The notes under the pieces are model-generated. The model had not been told where the DNA came from, made no database searches, and saw only the letters and a list, made by a program, of their open reading frames with translations. From Solirubrobacterales bacterium (GTDB taxonomy: Bacteria > Actinomycetota > Thermoleophilia > Solirubrobacterales > 70-9), in contig DATMZR010000031.1 in NCBI GenBank assembly GCA_035573435.1, positions 214,066-278,065 of the forward strand: a DNA stretch of 64,000 nucleotides, given 5' to 3'. Below are positions 47,012-55,938 of the stretch, piece by piece (position 1 is the stretch's first letter; each line of letters starts with the position of its first letter). A program made the position numbers and the translations under genes.

Positions 47012-47709
47012 ACCGGGCCGAGAAGGAGGCCTACCTCCGCGACTACGACCTGCTGAAGAAGGAGGGAAAGCCCTTCTTCCCCTACGCGGTGATGAAGGAC
47101 TCGACGATGGCGCTGATCGTCGTCTTGGTGATCGTCATCATGGCCCTCGTGCTCGGGGCCGAGCAGGGGCCCAAGGCGGACCCGACGAGCACCACCTACA
47201 CGCCGCGGCCCGAGTGGTACTTCTTCTTCCTGTTCGAGGTCCTACGGGTGATCAAGCCCTACGAGCTCGTCCCCGTCGCCACGATCGGGGTGCCGACCCT
47301 CGGGATGATCGTGCTGCTTCTGCTGCCGTTCTTCGACCGCGGCCCGGAGCGCCGTCCCGAGCGGCGACCGATCGCGATGGCCGTGCTGGTCTTGACGGTG
47401 GTCTCGATGGCCTACCTCACCTACGCCGGGGCAATCGCCGGGCCGCCTTCTGAGATCGACATGAAGGTGGCGCCGGAATACGAGGCGGGGAAGGAGCTCG
47501 TCGCCCAGTCGGGCTGTCTCGCCTGCCACAAGATCGGCGACAACGGCAATGGGACCCTGGGGCCGGATCTGACGGACATCGGCGCCCGCATCCCGCGCAA
47601 CGCGATCCTGCGCTCGCTCGAGGCGGGACCGGGCATCATGCCCTCATTCCAGGATCTCTCGCAGAAGCAGCTAAACCAGATCGCGGACTTCCTGGCGTCT
47701 CTGAAGTAG
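47008..47709 (+). CDS. qcrC: Subunit IV-like (cytochrome b C-terminal part) fused to a mono-heme cytochrome c
   Basis: TTG at 47008 with AAGGAGGAGAGGG upstream. PRPEWYFFFLFEVLR (PEWY motif), three TM helices, then the CLACH heme-c site and a distal GPGIMPSF. Confidence 0.8.
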   Translation: MNRAEKEAYLRDYDLLKKEGKPFFPYAVMKDSTMALIVVLVIVIMALVLGAEQGPKADPTSTTYTPRPEWYFFFLFEVLRVIKPYELVPVATIGVPTLGMIVLLLLPFFDRGPERRPERRPIAMAVLVLTVVSMAYLTYAGAIAGPPSEIDMKVAPEYEAGKELVAQSGCLACHKIGDNGNGTLGPDLTDIGARIPRNAILRSLEAGPGIMPSFQDLSQKQLNQIADFLASLK

Positions 47710-47720
47710 CGCCTTAGTCC

Positions 47721-48470
47721 GTGGCGGGTCCCCCCTCAGGTCCAGTGGTCGACCGACCCTCGCGCTCATCGCCCCAATTCGCGACGCAGGTGCGGACGAT
47801 GTTCGATCGCGTCGCCGGCGTCTACGACCTCATGAACACGGTGATGACCGCGGGCATGCACCATCGCTGGCGCGAGCGAGCCGCCGATCGCGCGGAGCTG
47901 GTGCCTGGCGCGGCCGCTCTCGACCTCTGTTGCGGCACGGGTGATCTGGCACTCGCGCTCGCGAGGCGGGTCGGGCCCGGGGGAGCCGTGGTGGGCTGCG
48001 ACTTCTCGGAGCGGATGCTCGACTTGGCGCGGCGCAAGGCCGCGGAACGCAGGGCGTCACAGGCCAGGTTCGAGTGGGCCGACGCGCTCGAGCTCCCGTA
48101 TCCGGACAAGTCGTTCGACGCCGTCACGGTGGGTTTCGGCGCGCGAAACCTTGGCGATCTGGAGCGAGGCCTCGCCGAGATGACCCGGGTGCTCAAGCCC
48201 GGGGGGCGCGCGGTGATCCTCGAGATCACCCAGCCGCGCCGGCGTCCACTGTCGACCTTCTATTCGCTTTGGTTCGACCGGCTCGTGCCGCTGCTCGGGG
48301 CGGCGGCGGGCGACCGCGACGCCTACAGCTACCTCCCCGAGTCGGTCAAGAGCTTTCCGCAGCCCGAGCGCCTAGCGGCGATGATGGCCCGCGCGCGCCA
48401 GGAGCGGATTCGCTACCTGCTGCTGGCCGGGGGGATCATCGCGATCCATTCCGGGCAGAGGAGCGCCTGA
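47721..48470 (+). CDS. menG: Demethylmenaquinone methyltransferase (UbiE/MenG)
   Basis: MFDRVAGVYDLMNTVMTAGMHHRWR, LDLCCGTGD and LKPGGRAVILEITQP. Confidence 0.85.
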   Translation: MAGPPSGPVVDRPSRSSPQFATQVRTMFDRVAGVYDLMNTVMTAGMHHRWRERAADRAELVPGAAALDLCCGTGDLALALARRVGPGGAVVGCDFSERMLDLARRKAAERRASQARFEWADALELPYPDKSFDAVTVGFGARNLGDLERGLAEMTRVLKPGGRAVILEITQPRRRPLSTFYSLWFDRLVPLLGAAAGDRDAYSYLPESVKSFPQPERLAAMMARARQERIRYLLLAGGIIAIHSGQRSA

Positions 48471-48474
48471 AGCG

Positions 48475-49476
48475 GTGAACCGGACCGCCGTCCCACCCCC
48501 GGTGACGATGGTGCTGGAGGCAGCCGACGCGTGGCTGCCGGCCCGCATGGAGGCAGTCGAGGACCGCCTGAAGCGGTTGGTGGAGGGCCATGGCGAGGCT
48601 CTGGCCGCCGACGCTGGCGCGACGCTGGCGGCCGGGGGAAAGCGCCTGCGCCCGATGCTCGTCCTGTTGAGCGCCGGGCCCGGGGCGGGCGAGGCGGCGA
48701 TCCGCGCTGCAACCGCGATCGAGCTCGTTCACATGGCGACTTTGGTCCATGACGACGTGCTGGACGCGGCGCCGCTTCGCCGCGGCCATCCGACGGTGGT
48801 CGCGCGCTCCGGCCGCAGCCGCGCGCTGGCGGTCGGCGACCTCTTGTTCTCGCGTGCCTTCGCCGAGCTCGGCCGGGACGGCTCGAGACAACAGGTGGAG
48901 CTTCTGTCCAGGGCCTCGGTGGCCCTGGCGCTGGGCGAGCTGGCACAGCGCCGCGACGCCTTCGACAGTTCGCTCTCCGCGGAGCGATACCTGGAGCGCT
49001 GCGAGCTCAAGACAGGACGCCTGTTCGAGTGCGCCTGCGTGATCGGACGACTGGGCGGCTCCGGGGGCACCCAGGGCGCCGAGCGCGATGAGCGGCCGGT
49101 GCTCGAGGTCTTCGGCCGTGAGATCGGCCTCGCCTTCCAGCTCCTCGATGACGTGCTCGACGTGACCGGGCCTCCCGAGCGGACGGGCAAGGCCCGCGGC
49201 ACGGATCTGTTGGACGGCACCGTGACGCTGCCTTTGATCCTGGCCCGCGAGCGGGATCAGCGCCTGGTGAAGGTGGATCTGCGAGGACTGGACGCCGAAG
49301 GCGCGGAGGCGGTCTGCGACCGGATCGCGGCAACGGGCGTCCTGGACCAGGTCAGGGCCGGCGCGCGCAGGCGGGTGGAGCTCGCCAAGCGCGCGCTGGA
49401 GGGCTCGGCGCTTGACCCCGCTCAACGCCAGCTGCTCGAGCTGGTCGCCGACGGCGTGGTCGAGCGGTACTCCTAG
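48475..49476 (+). CDS. hepT: Polyprenyl diphosphate synthase (heptaprenyl/HepT-like, trans-IPPS)
   Basis: GGKRLRP, first DDxxD LVHDDVLD, second [10 protein letters not shown] and [11 protein letters not shown]. Confidence 0.85.
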   Translation: MNRTAVPPPVTMVLEAADAWLPARMEAVEDRLKRLVEGHGEALAADAGATLAAGGKRLRPMLVLLSAGPGAGEAAIRAATAIELVHMATLVHDDVLDAAPLRRGHPTVVARSGRSRALAVGDLLFSRAFAELGRDGSRQQVELLSRASVALALGELAQRRDAFDSSLSAERYLERCELKTGRLFECACVIGRLGGSGGTQGAERDERPVLEVFGREIGLAFQLLDDVLDVTGPPERTGKARGTDLLDGTVTLPLILARERDQRLVKVDLRGLDAEGAEAVCDRIAATGVLDQVRAGARRRVELAKRALEGSALDPAQRQLLELVADGVVERYS

Positions 49477-49871
49477 AAGTCCTCGGGGAGGATCTGGTCC
49501 GCGACCAAGGCGGAGACGAAGCGATCGATCTGATCCTCCATGTTCGCCCGGGTCAGGACCTTGAGATCGTGGAGCACCGACTCGGTGCCCTGCTCGAGCG
49601 TCTCGTCGAAGCGGTCGACGACGCCCTGGCTGTAGGTGCCGCCGCCGTTCCACTCGCACTCGGGGCAGCGGAGGTCCACTTCCCAGGACTGGTTGGCCGC
49701 AGGCGCCCAGTCGGTCGGGTAGACGAGCTCCGAGCTGCACTCGGGGCAGATGTGAAGATCGTCGCGCCGCCGGTGCGTACTCGTCGCCAGGCGCGGCTCG
49801 AAGATGCCAGGCTCGAGTCCTCCCTCGAGAGGAGTCCGGTCGCGCTGTCCCGCTGTCTGCCTCTCCGCCAT
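49473..49871 (-). CDS. Conserved hypothetical zinc-ribbon protein
   Basis: ORF 49473..50288 trimmed to the ATG at 49871, because the upstream part is antisense to dcd. Two CPEC pairs ([10 protein letters not shown]...[10 protein letters not shown]). Confidence 0.55.
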   Translation of the reverse strand: MAERQTAGQRDRTPLEGGLEPGIFEPRLATSTHRRRDDLHICPECSSELVYPTDWAPAANQSWEVDLRCPECEWNGGGTYSQGVVDRFDETLEQGTESVLHDLKVLTRANMEDQIDRFVSALVADQILPEDF

Positions 49872-49952
49872 TTGGGTGCTGTATCGGCGGTGAATCGCGC
49901 GAGCTTTAGGTATGGGAGCCGAGGCGCATCGGGGCGGCATAGACTGGCTGAG

Positions 49953-50519
49953 ATGGTGCTCAGCGACCGCAGCATCAAGGCGGAGATCGAAGCCGGGCGG
50001 ATCGTCATCGATCCGTTCGACGAGGGGATGGTCCAGCCCTCGAGCGTGGACGTCCGGGTCGATCGCCGCTTCCGGGTATTCCACAACGCGCGGTACCCGT
50101 TCATCGACGTCCGCGAGCCGATGGAGGACCTGACCGAGCTCGTCATGGTCGAGGACGACGAGCCCTTCATCCTTCACCCCGGCGAGTTCGTACTCGGCCA
50201 GACGCTCGAACGCGTGCGGCTGCCCGACGACGTCGTGGCCCGACTCGAGGGGAAATCGAGCTTGGGTCGCCTTGGCCTCCTGATTCACAGCACCGCCGGG
50301 TTCGTCGACCCGTCCTGGAATGGCAACCTGACGCTTGAGCTCTCCAATGTCGCCAACCTCCCCGTGACGATCTACTACGGGATGCCGATCGGACAGATCT
50401 CGTTCATGCGCATGGACCAGGCGGTGGAACGTCCGTACGGGTCGGGCGAGGCAGGCAGCAAGTATCAGGACCAGGCGGAGCCCACGCCCAGCCGCTTCTA
50501 CCTCAACTTCAAGCGCTAG
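49953..50519 (+). CDS. dcd: dCTP deaminase
   Basis: ATG at 49953. [22 protein letters not shown]...[10 protein letters not shown]...[27 protein letters not shown]. Confidence 0.9.
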   Translation: MVLSDRSIKAEIEAGRIVIDPFDEGMVQPSSVDVRVDRRFRVFHNARYPFIDVREPMEDLTELVMVEDDEPFILHPGEFVLGQTLERVRLPDDVVARLEGKSSLGRLGLLIHSTAGFVDPSWNGNLTLELSNVANLPVTIYYGMPIGQISFMRMDQAVERPYGSGEAGSKYQDQAEPTPSRFYLNFKR

Positions 50520-50546
50520 CCCTCAGCGTCGATACCATCTGTCCTG

Positions 50547-50786
50547 ATGCCAAACGTTGGACCACTCGAACTGGCGATCGTCCTCATCATCGCGCTGGTC
50601 ATCTTCGGGCCGAAGCGCCTGCCGGAGCTGGGACGCTCGGTGGGCCGCGGGATCCGTGAGTTCAGGTCCTCGATCTCGGGCAAGGGGGACGACGAGGAAG
50701 AGCCTTCGCAGCCCGCTCGGATCGAGCGTGCGGAGCAGCCCAACGAGCCCGTCGAGACCGAGGTCGTAACCGACCACCGCTCGTAA
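50547..50786 (+). CDS. tatA: Twin-arginine translocase subunit TatA/E
   Basis: GPLELAIVLIIALVIFGPKRLPELGRSVGRGIREFR. Confidence 0.9.
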   Translation: MPNVGPLELAIVLIIALVIFGPKRLPELGRSVGRGIREFRSSISGKGDDEEEPSQPARIERAEQPNEPVETEVVTDHRS

Positions 50787-51572
50787 GTGGCCGCGCCCCG
50801 TCTGCGGGCCGCCAAGTTCGACGAGCAGATGACGCTCGTCGAGCATCTCGACGAGCTGCGTAACCGGATCATCGCCTCGGCGGCGGTGCTGGTGGTGGCC
50901 TGCGGCCTGTGCTTCTGGCAGAACGAGCTGCTGCTCGAGATCGCCAACAAGCCGCTGCCCGGCGACCTGGTGCCGATTACGTTCGGCGTCACCGAGCCCT
51001 TCATGACGACCCTCAAGATCTCGATCTACGCCGGGATCCTGATCTCCCTGCCGGTCCTGCTCTACCAGGCCTACGCATTCATCTTGCCCGCCCTGAAGCC
51101 GACCGAGAAGCGGGTCGTGCTGCCGTTCCTGCTCCTGGTCCCGGTGCTGTTCATCACGGGCGTCGTGTTCGCCTACTTCGTCGTGGTCCCGGCTGCCACC
51201 AAGTTCCTGCTCAACTTCAACGAGGACCAGTTCAACATCCAGGTGCGCGCCAGCGAGTACTACAGCTTCTTCATCCTCACCCTGATGACGCTCGGCTTGG
51301 TCTTCCAGGTGCCGATGGGATTGGTCGCGATCACACGCCTCGGCATCGTCACCCCGAAGCAGCTCGCCCGCAACCGCCGCTACGCGTACCTGATCCTGGC
51401 CGTGATCGCCATGCTCCTGCCCGGCACCGATCCGGTGACCATGCTGATCGAGTTGGCGCCCCTGCTGGCGTTGTTCGAGTTCTCGCTCATCTTGACGCGC
51501 CTCATCGGCACGCCGTCGGAGCCGGCGCCCTCCGCGTCGGAGCCCGAGCCACCCGCCTCTCCGGCTAGCTAG
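50787..51572 (+). CDS. tatC: Twin-arginine translocase subunit TatC
   Basis: MTLVEHLDELRNRII...EPFMTTLKISIYAGILISLPVLLYQAYAFILPAL...PGTDPVTM. Confidence 0.9.
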   Translation: MAAPRLRAAKFDEQMTLVEHLDELRNRIIASAAVLVVACGLCFWQNELLLEIANKPLPGDLVPITFGVTEPFMTTLKISIYAGILISLPVLLYQAYAFILPALKPTEKRVVLPFLLLVPVLFITGVVFAYFVVVPAATKFLLNFNEDQFNIQVRASEYYSFFILTLMTLGLVFQVPMGLVAITRLGIVTPKQLARNRRYAYLILAVIAMLLPGTDPVTMLIELAPLLALFEFSLILTRLIGTPSEPAPSASEPEPPASPAS

Positions 51573-51581
51573 GCTCCAAAC

Positions 51582-52346
51582 GTGCTCTTCGACCTCCGCA
51601 GCGGAAAGCGCCGTCGGCTCGTGCAGATCGTCTACTCGCTGCTGGCCGCCTCGTTCCTGATCGGCTTCGTGTTCTTCGGCATCGGGACCGGTGGGATCGG
51701 CAGCGTCTCGGACCTGCTCGGCGGGGGAGGGAGCGGCGGGTCCATTTCCTCGCAGTTCGATGGTCAGATCGACAGCGCCAACGAGCAGCTCGCGAAGGAC
51801 CCGAACGACAGCGCCGCGCTGCTCAAGCTCTCCAAATACGAGTTCTATAAGGCGAAGCAGGGAGTAACCCAGGACCAGACCACGGGAGAGATCAGCGTCA
51901 GTGACGACGCCCACACGGAGCTCGGCCGGGCGGCCGACGCCTGGGAGAAGTACCTGAAGGTCAACAAGGGCCAGCCGAACCCGGCGATCGCCGCTCAGAT
52001 GGTGCAGGCGTTCTACTTCCTCAACGATGCCCAAGGGGCGGCTGACGCACAGCGGATCGTTGCGGAGGACCAGCCCAGCTCGGGCGCTTACGGGCAGCTC
52101 GCTTTCTACCTGTACTTCGCCGGCGACATCTCGGGAGGCGATCAGGCGGCGAGCAAGGCCGAGGCGCAGGCGTCGAAGTCGCAGCGGAGCCAGCTCAAGC
52201 AGCAACTCACGGCGATCCGAAAGCAGGCCGTGAAGGCGAAGAAGCAGCTCGCAAAGGCGCAGAAGAACGCCCCCTCACCCAGCGAGCCGGGGGGCAACCC
52301 GCTCCAGAACCCGTTCGGCGGCGCACCACCCCCGGCCGCACCGTAG
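51582..52346 (+). CDS. Membrane-anchored hypothetical protein (helical/TPR-like ectodomain, Lys/Gln-rich tail)
   Basis: 254 aa. One N-terminal TM helix (IVYSLLAASFLIGFVFFGI), a Gly-rich linker and a helical region. No recognisable catalytic motif. Confidence 0.55.
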   Translation: MLFDLRSGKRRRLVQIVYSLLAASFLIGFVFFGIGTGGIGSVSDLLGGGGSGGSISSQFDGQIDSANEQLAKDPNDSAALLKLSKYEFYKAKQGVTQDQTTGEISVSDDAHTELGRAADAWEKYLKVNKGQPNPAIAAQMVQAFYFLNDAQGAADAQRIVAEDQPSSGAYGQLAFYLYFAGDISGGDQAASKAEAQASKSQRSQLKQQLTAIRKQAVKAKKQLAKAQKNAPSPSEPGGNPLQNPFGGAPPPAAP

Positions 52347-52371
52347 CGACGGGCAACTATCCCGTCGCTAC
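52343..52371 (+). terminator. Perfect 11-bp hairpin spanning the stop codon of the 51582..52346 gene
   Basis: GTAGCGACGGG-CAACTAT-CCCGTCGCTAC. No T-tract. Lies 14 nt upstream of tRNA-Lys. Confidence 0.5.
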
Positions 52372-52384
52372 CATCCGACCGCCC

Positions 52385-52457
52385 GGGCCGTTAGCTCAAC
52401 TGGTAGAGCAGGAGACTCTTAATCTCAAGGTTGAAGGTTCGAGTCCTTCACGGCCCA
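52385..52457 (+). tRNA. tRNA-Lys (anticodon CTT)
   Basis: Hand-folded cloverleaf. Acceptor GGGCCGT/ACGGCCC, D stem GCTC/GAGC, anticodon loop CTCTTAA, T arm GAAGG-TTCGAGT-CCTTC, discriminator A. 73 nt. One G-A mismatch at the top of the anticodon stem. Confidence 0.9.
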
Positions 52458-52458
52458 T
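52416..52458 (+). repeat. Direct repeat copy 1 (tRNA-Lys anticodon loop through the 3' end; attL-like)
   Basis: CTCTTAATCTCAAGGTTGAAGGTTCGAGTCCTTCACGGCCCAT, identical to 54576..54618. Confidence 0.9.
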
Positions 52459-52491
52459 GGCATAGCGGAAAGCGTCGTCCTCTGGGCGGGG

Positions 52492-53229
52492 CTAGGGCGT
52501 GCGTCGACGCAAGGTCGCCGCCCCAAGCGCGAGGGCGAGCAGGATCACGCCACAGGTCACCAAGACGTCCACGGTCCCGCGAGCGCCGAGCGAGCCGTCA
52601 CTCGTGACGCGGTCGAGCGCGTCGTACGCGTAGGTCAGGGGGAGGGCATACGAGACCGCCTCCAGCGCCGCTGCCATCTGATCTCGAGCGACGAAGAGGC
52701 CGCAGAGGAGCAGTTGGGGGAAGACGAAGGCGGGCATGAACTGAATTGCCTGGAATTCGGTCTGGGCGAACGCGCTGACGAAGAGGCCCAGGGACATGCC
52801 CAGCAGGGCATTGCCAATCGCCAGCAGGATCACGAGCGCGGTCGAGCCTGCGACCTGGAGGTCGAGCAACCCGAAGGCGACCCCGGCGGTGATCAGCGCC
52901 TGCGCAGTGCCGACCACGCCGAAGGCGAGCCCGTAACCGAGCAGGATGTCCAGCTTGGCCAGGGGCATCGTCATCAACCGTTCGAGCGTCCCCGTCGTTC
53001 GCTCCCGCAGCATCGTGATCGAGGTGACGAGGAACATCGTGATGAATGGGAACAGCCCAACCAGCGGGCCGCCGATCCGGTCGAACGCACCCGGCTCTTG
53101 GTCGAAGACGAACTTGATCAGGGTCACGAGGGCTGCGGGAACCACGAGCAGCAGCGCGATCGTTCGCGGGTCGCGCCGCAGCTGGGTCAATACCCGACTT
53201 GCCGTGGCGATAGCGATCCGAGGATTCAT
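52492..53229 (-). CDS. ABC-2 type transporter permease
   Basis: 245 aa, six hydrophobic helices, typical ABC-2 exporter layout. 4-nt overlap with the upstream ATPase gene. Confidence 0.8.
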   Translation of the reverse strand: MNPRIAIATASRVLTQLRRDPRTIALLLVVPAALVTLIKFVFDQEPGAFDRIGGPLVGLFPFITMFLVTSITMLRERTTGTLERLMTMPLAKLDILLGYGLAFGVVGTAQALITAGVAFGLLDLQVAGSTALVILLAIGNALLGMSLGLFVSAFAQTEFQAIQFMPAFVFPQLLLCGLFVARDQMAAALEAVSYALPLTYAYDALDRVTSDGSLGARGTVDVLVTCGVILLALALGAATLRRRTP

Positions 53230-53966
53230 GCCGCCTCCCGCTGTCGAATCAGCGCCAGGAAGGCGTCTTCGAGGTCATCCTCGCCAGTGCGAGAACGAAG
53301 CCCGTCTGGCGTCTCGGTCGCGAGCAGTTCGCCGTCTCGCATCAGCAGCAGGCTGTCGCAGCGCTCGGCCTCATCCATCACGTGGCTCGAGACCAGGATC
53401 GTCGTTCCGCCCTCGGCGAGCGAGGTGAACGTGCCCCAGAGCTCGACCCGGAGCACCGGGTCGAGGCCCACGGTCGGCTCGTCGAGCACCAGGAGGTCGG
53501 GCTCGGCGAGCAACGCCGTCGCGAGCGAGATTCGCGAACGCTGCCCGCCCGAGAGCTTGTTGGCCACGCGGTCGTGTTCGTGGAGCGCCACCGTCTCGAT
53601 GACCTCGTCGACCCGCGCGGGGTCAGCGCCGAGGACCCGAGCGAAGTACCTCAGGTTCTCGCCCACGGTGATGTCCCCGTACACCGAGGGCGCCTGGGTG
53701 ACGTAGCCCACCCGTGGACGGAGTTCGGCCGAGCCGGCCGGCATGCCGAGCACGTCGACGCGGCCTGACTCGATTATCTGCACACCGACGACGGAACGCA
53801 TCAGCGTCGTCTTGCCGCAGCCACTCGGGCCCAACAAGCCGGTGATCCCGCCGTGGGGCACGGTGAAGGAGAGGCTGTGAAGCACCTCATTGTCCCCCCG
53901 GACCACGGTCAGGGACTCGGCCGCCACGGCTGGCTCGGCGTTCAAGCCATTCGGCATTGCCGGCAA
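53226..53966 (-). CDS. ABC transporter ATP-binding protein (DrrA-like)
   Basis: Walker A GPSGCGKTTL, signature LSGGQRSR, Walker B LLVLDEPTVGLD. Confidence 0.85.
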   Translation of the reverse strand: MPAMPNGLNAEPAVAAESLTVVRGDNEVLHSLSFTVPHGGITGLLGPSGCGKTTLMRSVVGVQIIESGRVDVLGMPAGSAELRPRVGYVTQAPSVYGDITVGENLRYFARVLGADPARVDEVIETVALHEHDRVANKLSGGQRSRISLATALLAEPDLLVLDEPTVGLDPVLRVELWGTFTSLAEGGTTILVSSHVMDEAERCDSLLLMRDGELLATETPDGLRSRTGEDDLEDAFLALIRQREAA

Positions 53967-54021
53967 CCTATGTGATCGAGCCCGGCTTACGGGTAGGCGA
54001 TAGATTCTCGGCCGCAGTCAA

Positions 54022-54582
54022 GTGAGGATCGAGGATTACGGGCTGATCGGGGACCTGCAGACGGCCGCGCTGGTCGGTCGTGACGGCTCGGTGGATTGGC
54101 TTTGCCTTCCACGATTTGACTCGGCATCGTGCTTCTCGGCGCTGTTAGGAGACGAACGCCATGGACGCTGGCTGGTTGCGCCGGCTGGTGAGATCCGTGC
54201 CACCTCTCGGCGCTACCGGCCCGGGACCTTAGTGCTCGAGACCGACTTCGAGACCCCAGAGGGGACCGTGCGGGTGATCGACTTCATGCCCCGTCGGGGG
54301 GGCGGTGCACCTCAGCTGGTGCGCATCGTGGAGGGGATTCAAGGACGCGTGCCTATGCGGATGGAGTTGTCGCTTCGGCCCGACTACAGCTCGATCGTGC
54401 CCTGGGTGAACCTGGCGCCTGACGGGATGACGGTCGCCGCGGGGCCGGACGCCTATCGCCTCAGCACCCCGATCACGATGGATGCCGAGGATGGGACGGT
54501 GGTCGCCAAGTTCTCATCGGCAGAACGAGGCGGGAAATCGCGAACAGCCGCAAAGAGCCGAAGCCCTGAGTCAGCCTCTTAA
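54022..54582 (+). pseudogene. Truncated glycoside hydrolase family 15 (glucoamylase/trehalase-like) N-terminal fragment
   Basis: MRIEDYGLIGDLQTAALVGRDGSVDWLCLPRFDSASCFSALLG...LVLETDFETPEGTVRVIDFMP...IVEGIQGRVPMRMEL is the canonical GH15 N-terminus. Similarity is lost after about 165 aa, and the frame then runs into the tRNA-derived repeat. From memory, full-length family members are several hundred residues longer. Confidence 0.7.
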
Positions 54583-54618
54583 TCTCAAGGTTGAAGGTTC
54601 GAGTCCTTCACGGCCCAT
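54576..54618 (+). repeat. Direct repeat copy 2 (orphan 3' part of tRNA-Lys; attR-like)
   Basis: Identical 43-mer. It ends 3 nt before the ATG of the next gene. Confidence 0.9.
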
Positions 54619-54621
54619 CGG

Positions 54622-55938
54622 ATGACGCAGCTCACTCCGCGCGCATTGGCCTGGTACCAAACCGGCGCGCTGACAGAGATCGCCGGTCGTCGGATCTTCG
54701 TGCGCAAACGGCCGGGGACTGATGACGGGAGGTCGCTCATTTTGCTGCATGGCTATCCGTCGAGCTCGTTCGACTGGCGCCACGCCTTCAAAGTGCTGCC
54801 GGCACATCACCTGATCGCCTTTGACTTTCTGGGCTACGGGCTGTCCGAGAAGCCGCGCGACCAGGTCTATTCGCTCGGCATGCAGGCCGACATCACCGAA
54901 GTGATCGTTGACCGCTTCGCCGATGGCCCGGTGATGCTGGTCGCCCACGACATGGGCAGCTCGGTCGCGACCGAGCTGCTGGCCCGCGACAGCGAGGGAC
55001 GGCTGTCGTTCGAACTCGCCTCAGTCCTCTTGTTCAACGCCAGCCTGGTGCGCGAGCGGGCGAGCTTGCTCTGGGGTCAGAAGCTTCTGCTCAGCCGGCT
55101 GGGACCGCTCGCAGCTCGAATCACGAACGAGTTCGGTTTCCGGCGTCAATTCGCGGGGATCTTCTCGCGCGAGCATCCGCTAAGTGACGAGGAAGCGGCC
55201 GACCAGTGGTCGCTGCTCGCCCACAACGCGGGCCACCGGTTGCTCGACCGGTTGATCTTTTACAACCACGAGCGCGTTGGCGCGCCTGGGCGGCGCTGGC
55301 ACGGGGCGCTGCGCGATTGGCCGGGACGTCTCGAGCTCGCATGGGCGGAGCGGGACCCAATTTGCACCGAGGCCGTGCTCCAAGCCGTGCTCGAGCTGCG
55401 CCCGCACGCCGAGCTGACCAGACTGCACGGACTCGGTCACTATCCGCAGATCGAAGACCCGCGGACGACCATGGCCGTAATCGAGCGCCACGCCGCAGGA
55501 AACCCTGGCGACTTGACGCTCGAGTTGGCCCGCACCCTGCCGGCCTCGCCTTCCGTCGTCTTCGCTGCCTTCAGCGGCCCGGAGCTGGCGGAGTGGTGGG
55601 GTCCAGCGGGATTCACCGTGGGGAGCTTCGACTTCGACCCCGGCGTGGGCCGGACCTACCGGATCGAGATGCGGCCGCCCGAGGGTGATCCTTTCTATCT
55701 CAACGGGGAGTTCCGCGAGGTCGATCCGCCGGCCCACCTGGCCTTCACATTCGTGTACGAGGACCCAGATCCCGACGATGTCGAGACCGTGGTCGAGCTC
55801 TCGTTTCGCGATCTGGGCGGATCGACGGAGGTGGTCTTCGCTCAGGGTCGTTTCGAGACCGAAGCGCGCCGTGAGCTCCATCGGGACGGTTGGACGGACA
55901 GTTTCGACAGACTCGAGCAACTGATCTCGCAGTCATAG
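54622..55938 (+). CDS. Alpha/beta hydrolase fused to a C-terminal SRPBCC (AHSA1/Aha1-like) domain
   Basis: LILLHGYPSSSFDW and LVAHDMGSSVA (Asp nucleophile type, as in epoxide hydrolase or dehalogenase). C-terminal 140 aa LPASPSVVFAAFSGPELAEWWGP...YRIEMRPPEGDPFYLNGEFREVDPP...GWTDSFDRLEQLI. Confidence 0.75.
   Translation: MTQLTPRALAWYQTGALTEIAGRRIFVRKRPGTDDGRSLILLHGYPSSSFDWRHAFKVLPAHHLIAFDFLGYGLSEKPRDQVYSLGMQADITEVIVDRFADGPVMLVAHDMGSSVATELLARDSEGRLSFELASVLLFNASLVRERASLLWGQKLLLSRLGPLAARITNEFGFRRQFAGIFSREHPLSDEEAADQWSLLAHNAGHRLLDRLIFYNHERVGAPGRRWHGALRDWPGRLELAWAERDPICTEAVLQAVLELRPHAELTRLHGLGHYPQIEDPRTTMAVIERHAAGNPGDLTLELARTLPASPSVVFAAFSGPELAEWWGPAGFTVGSFDFDPGVGRTYRIEMRPPEGDPFYLNGEFREVDPPAHLAFTFVYEDPDPDDVETVVELSFRDLGGSTEVVFAQGRFETEARRELHRDGWTDSFDRLEQLISQS

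Larger units (their letters stand above)
52459..54575. mobile_element. 2.1 kb islet bracketed by 43-bp tRNA-Lys-derived direct repeats (probable remnant of an integrated element; no integrase present)
   Basis: Perfect 43-bp repeats on both sides. Cargo is an ABC-2 exporter pair plus a 5'-truncated-looking GH15 fragment. Confidence 0.4.

Noticed and set aside
49872-50288. N-terminal half of track ORF 49473..50288.
   Set aside because: It is antisense to the well-supported dcd gene. The zinc-ribbon protein starts plausibly at the ATG at 49871.
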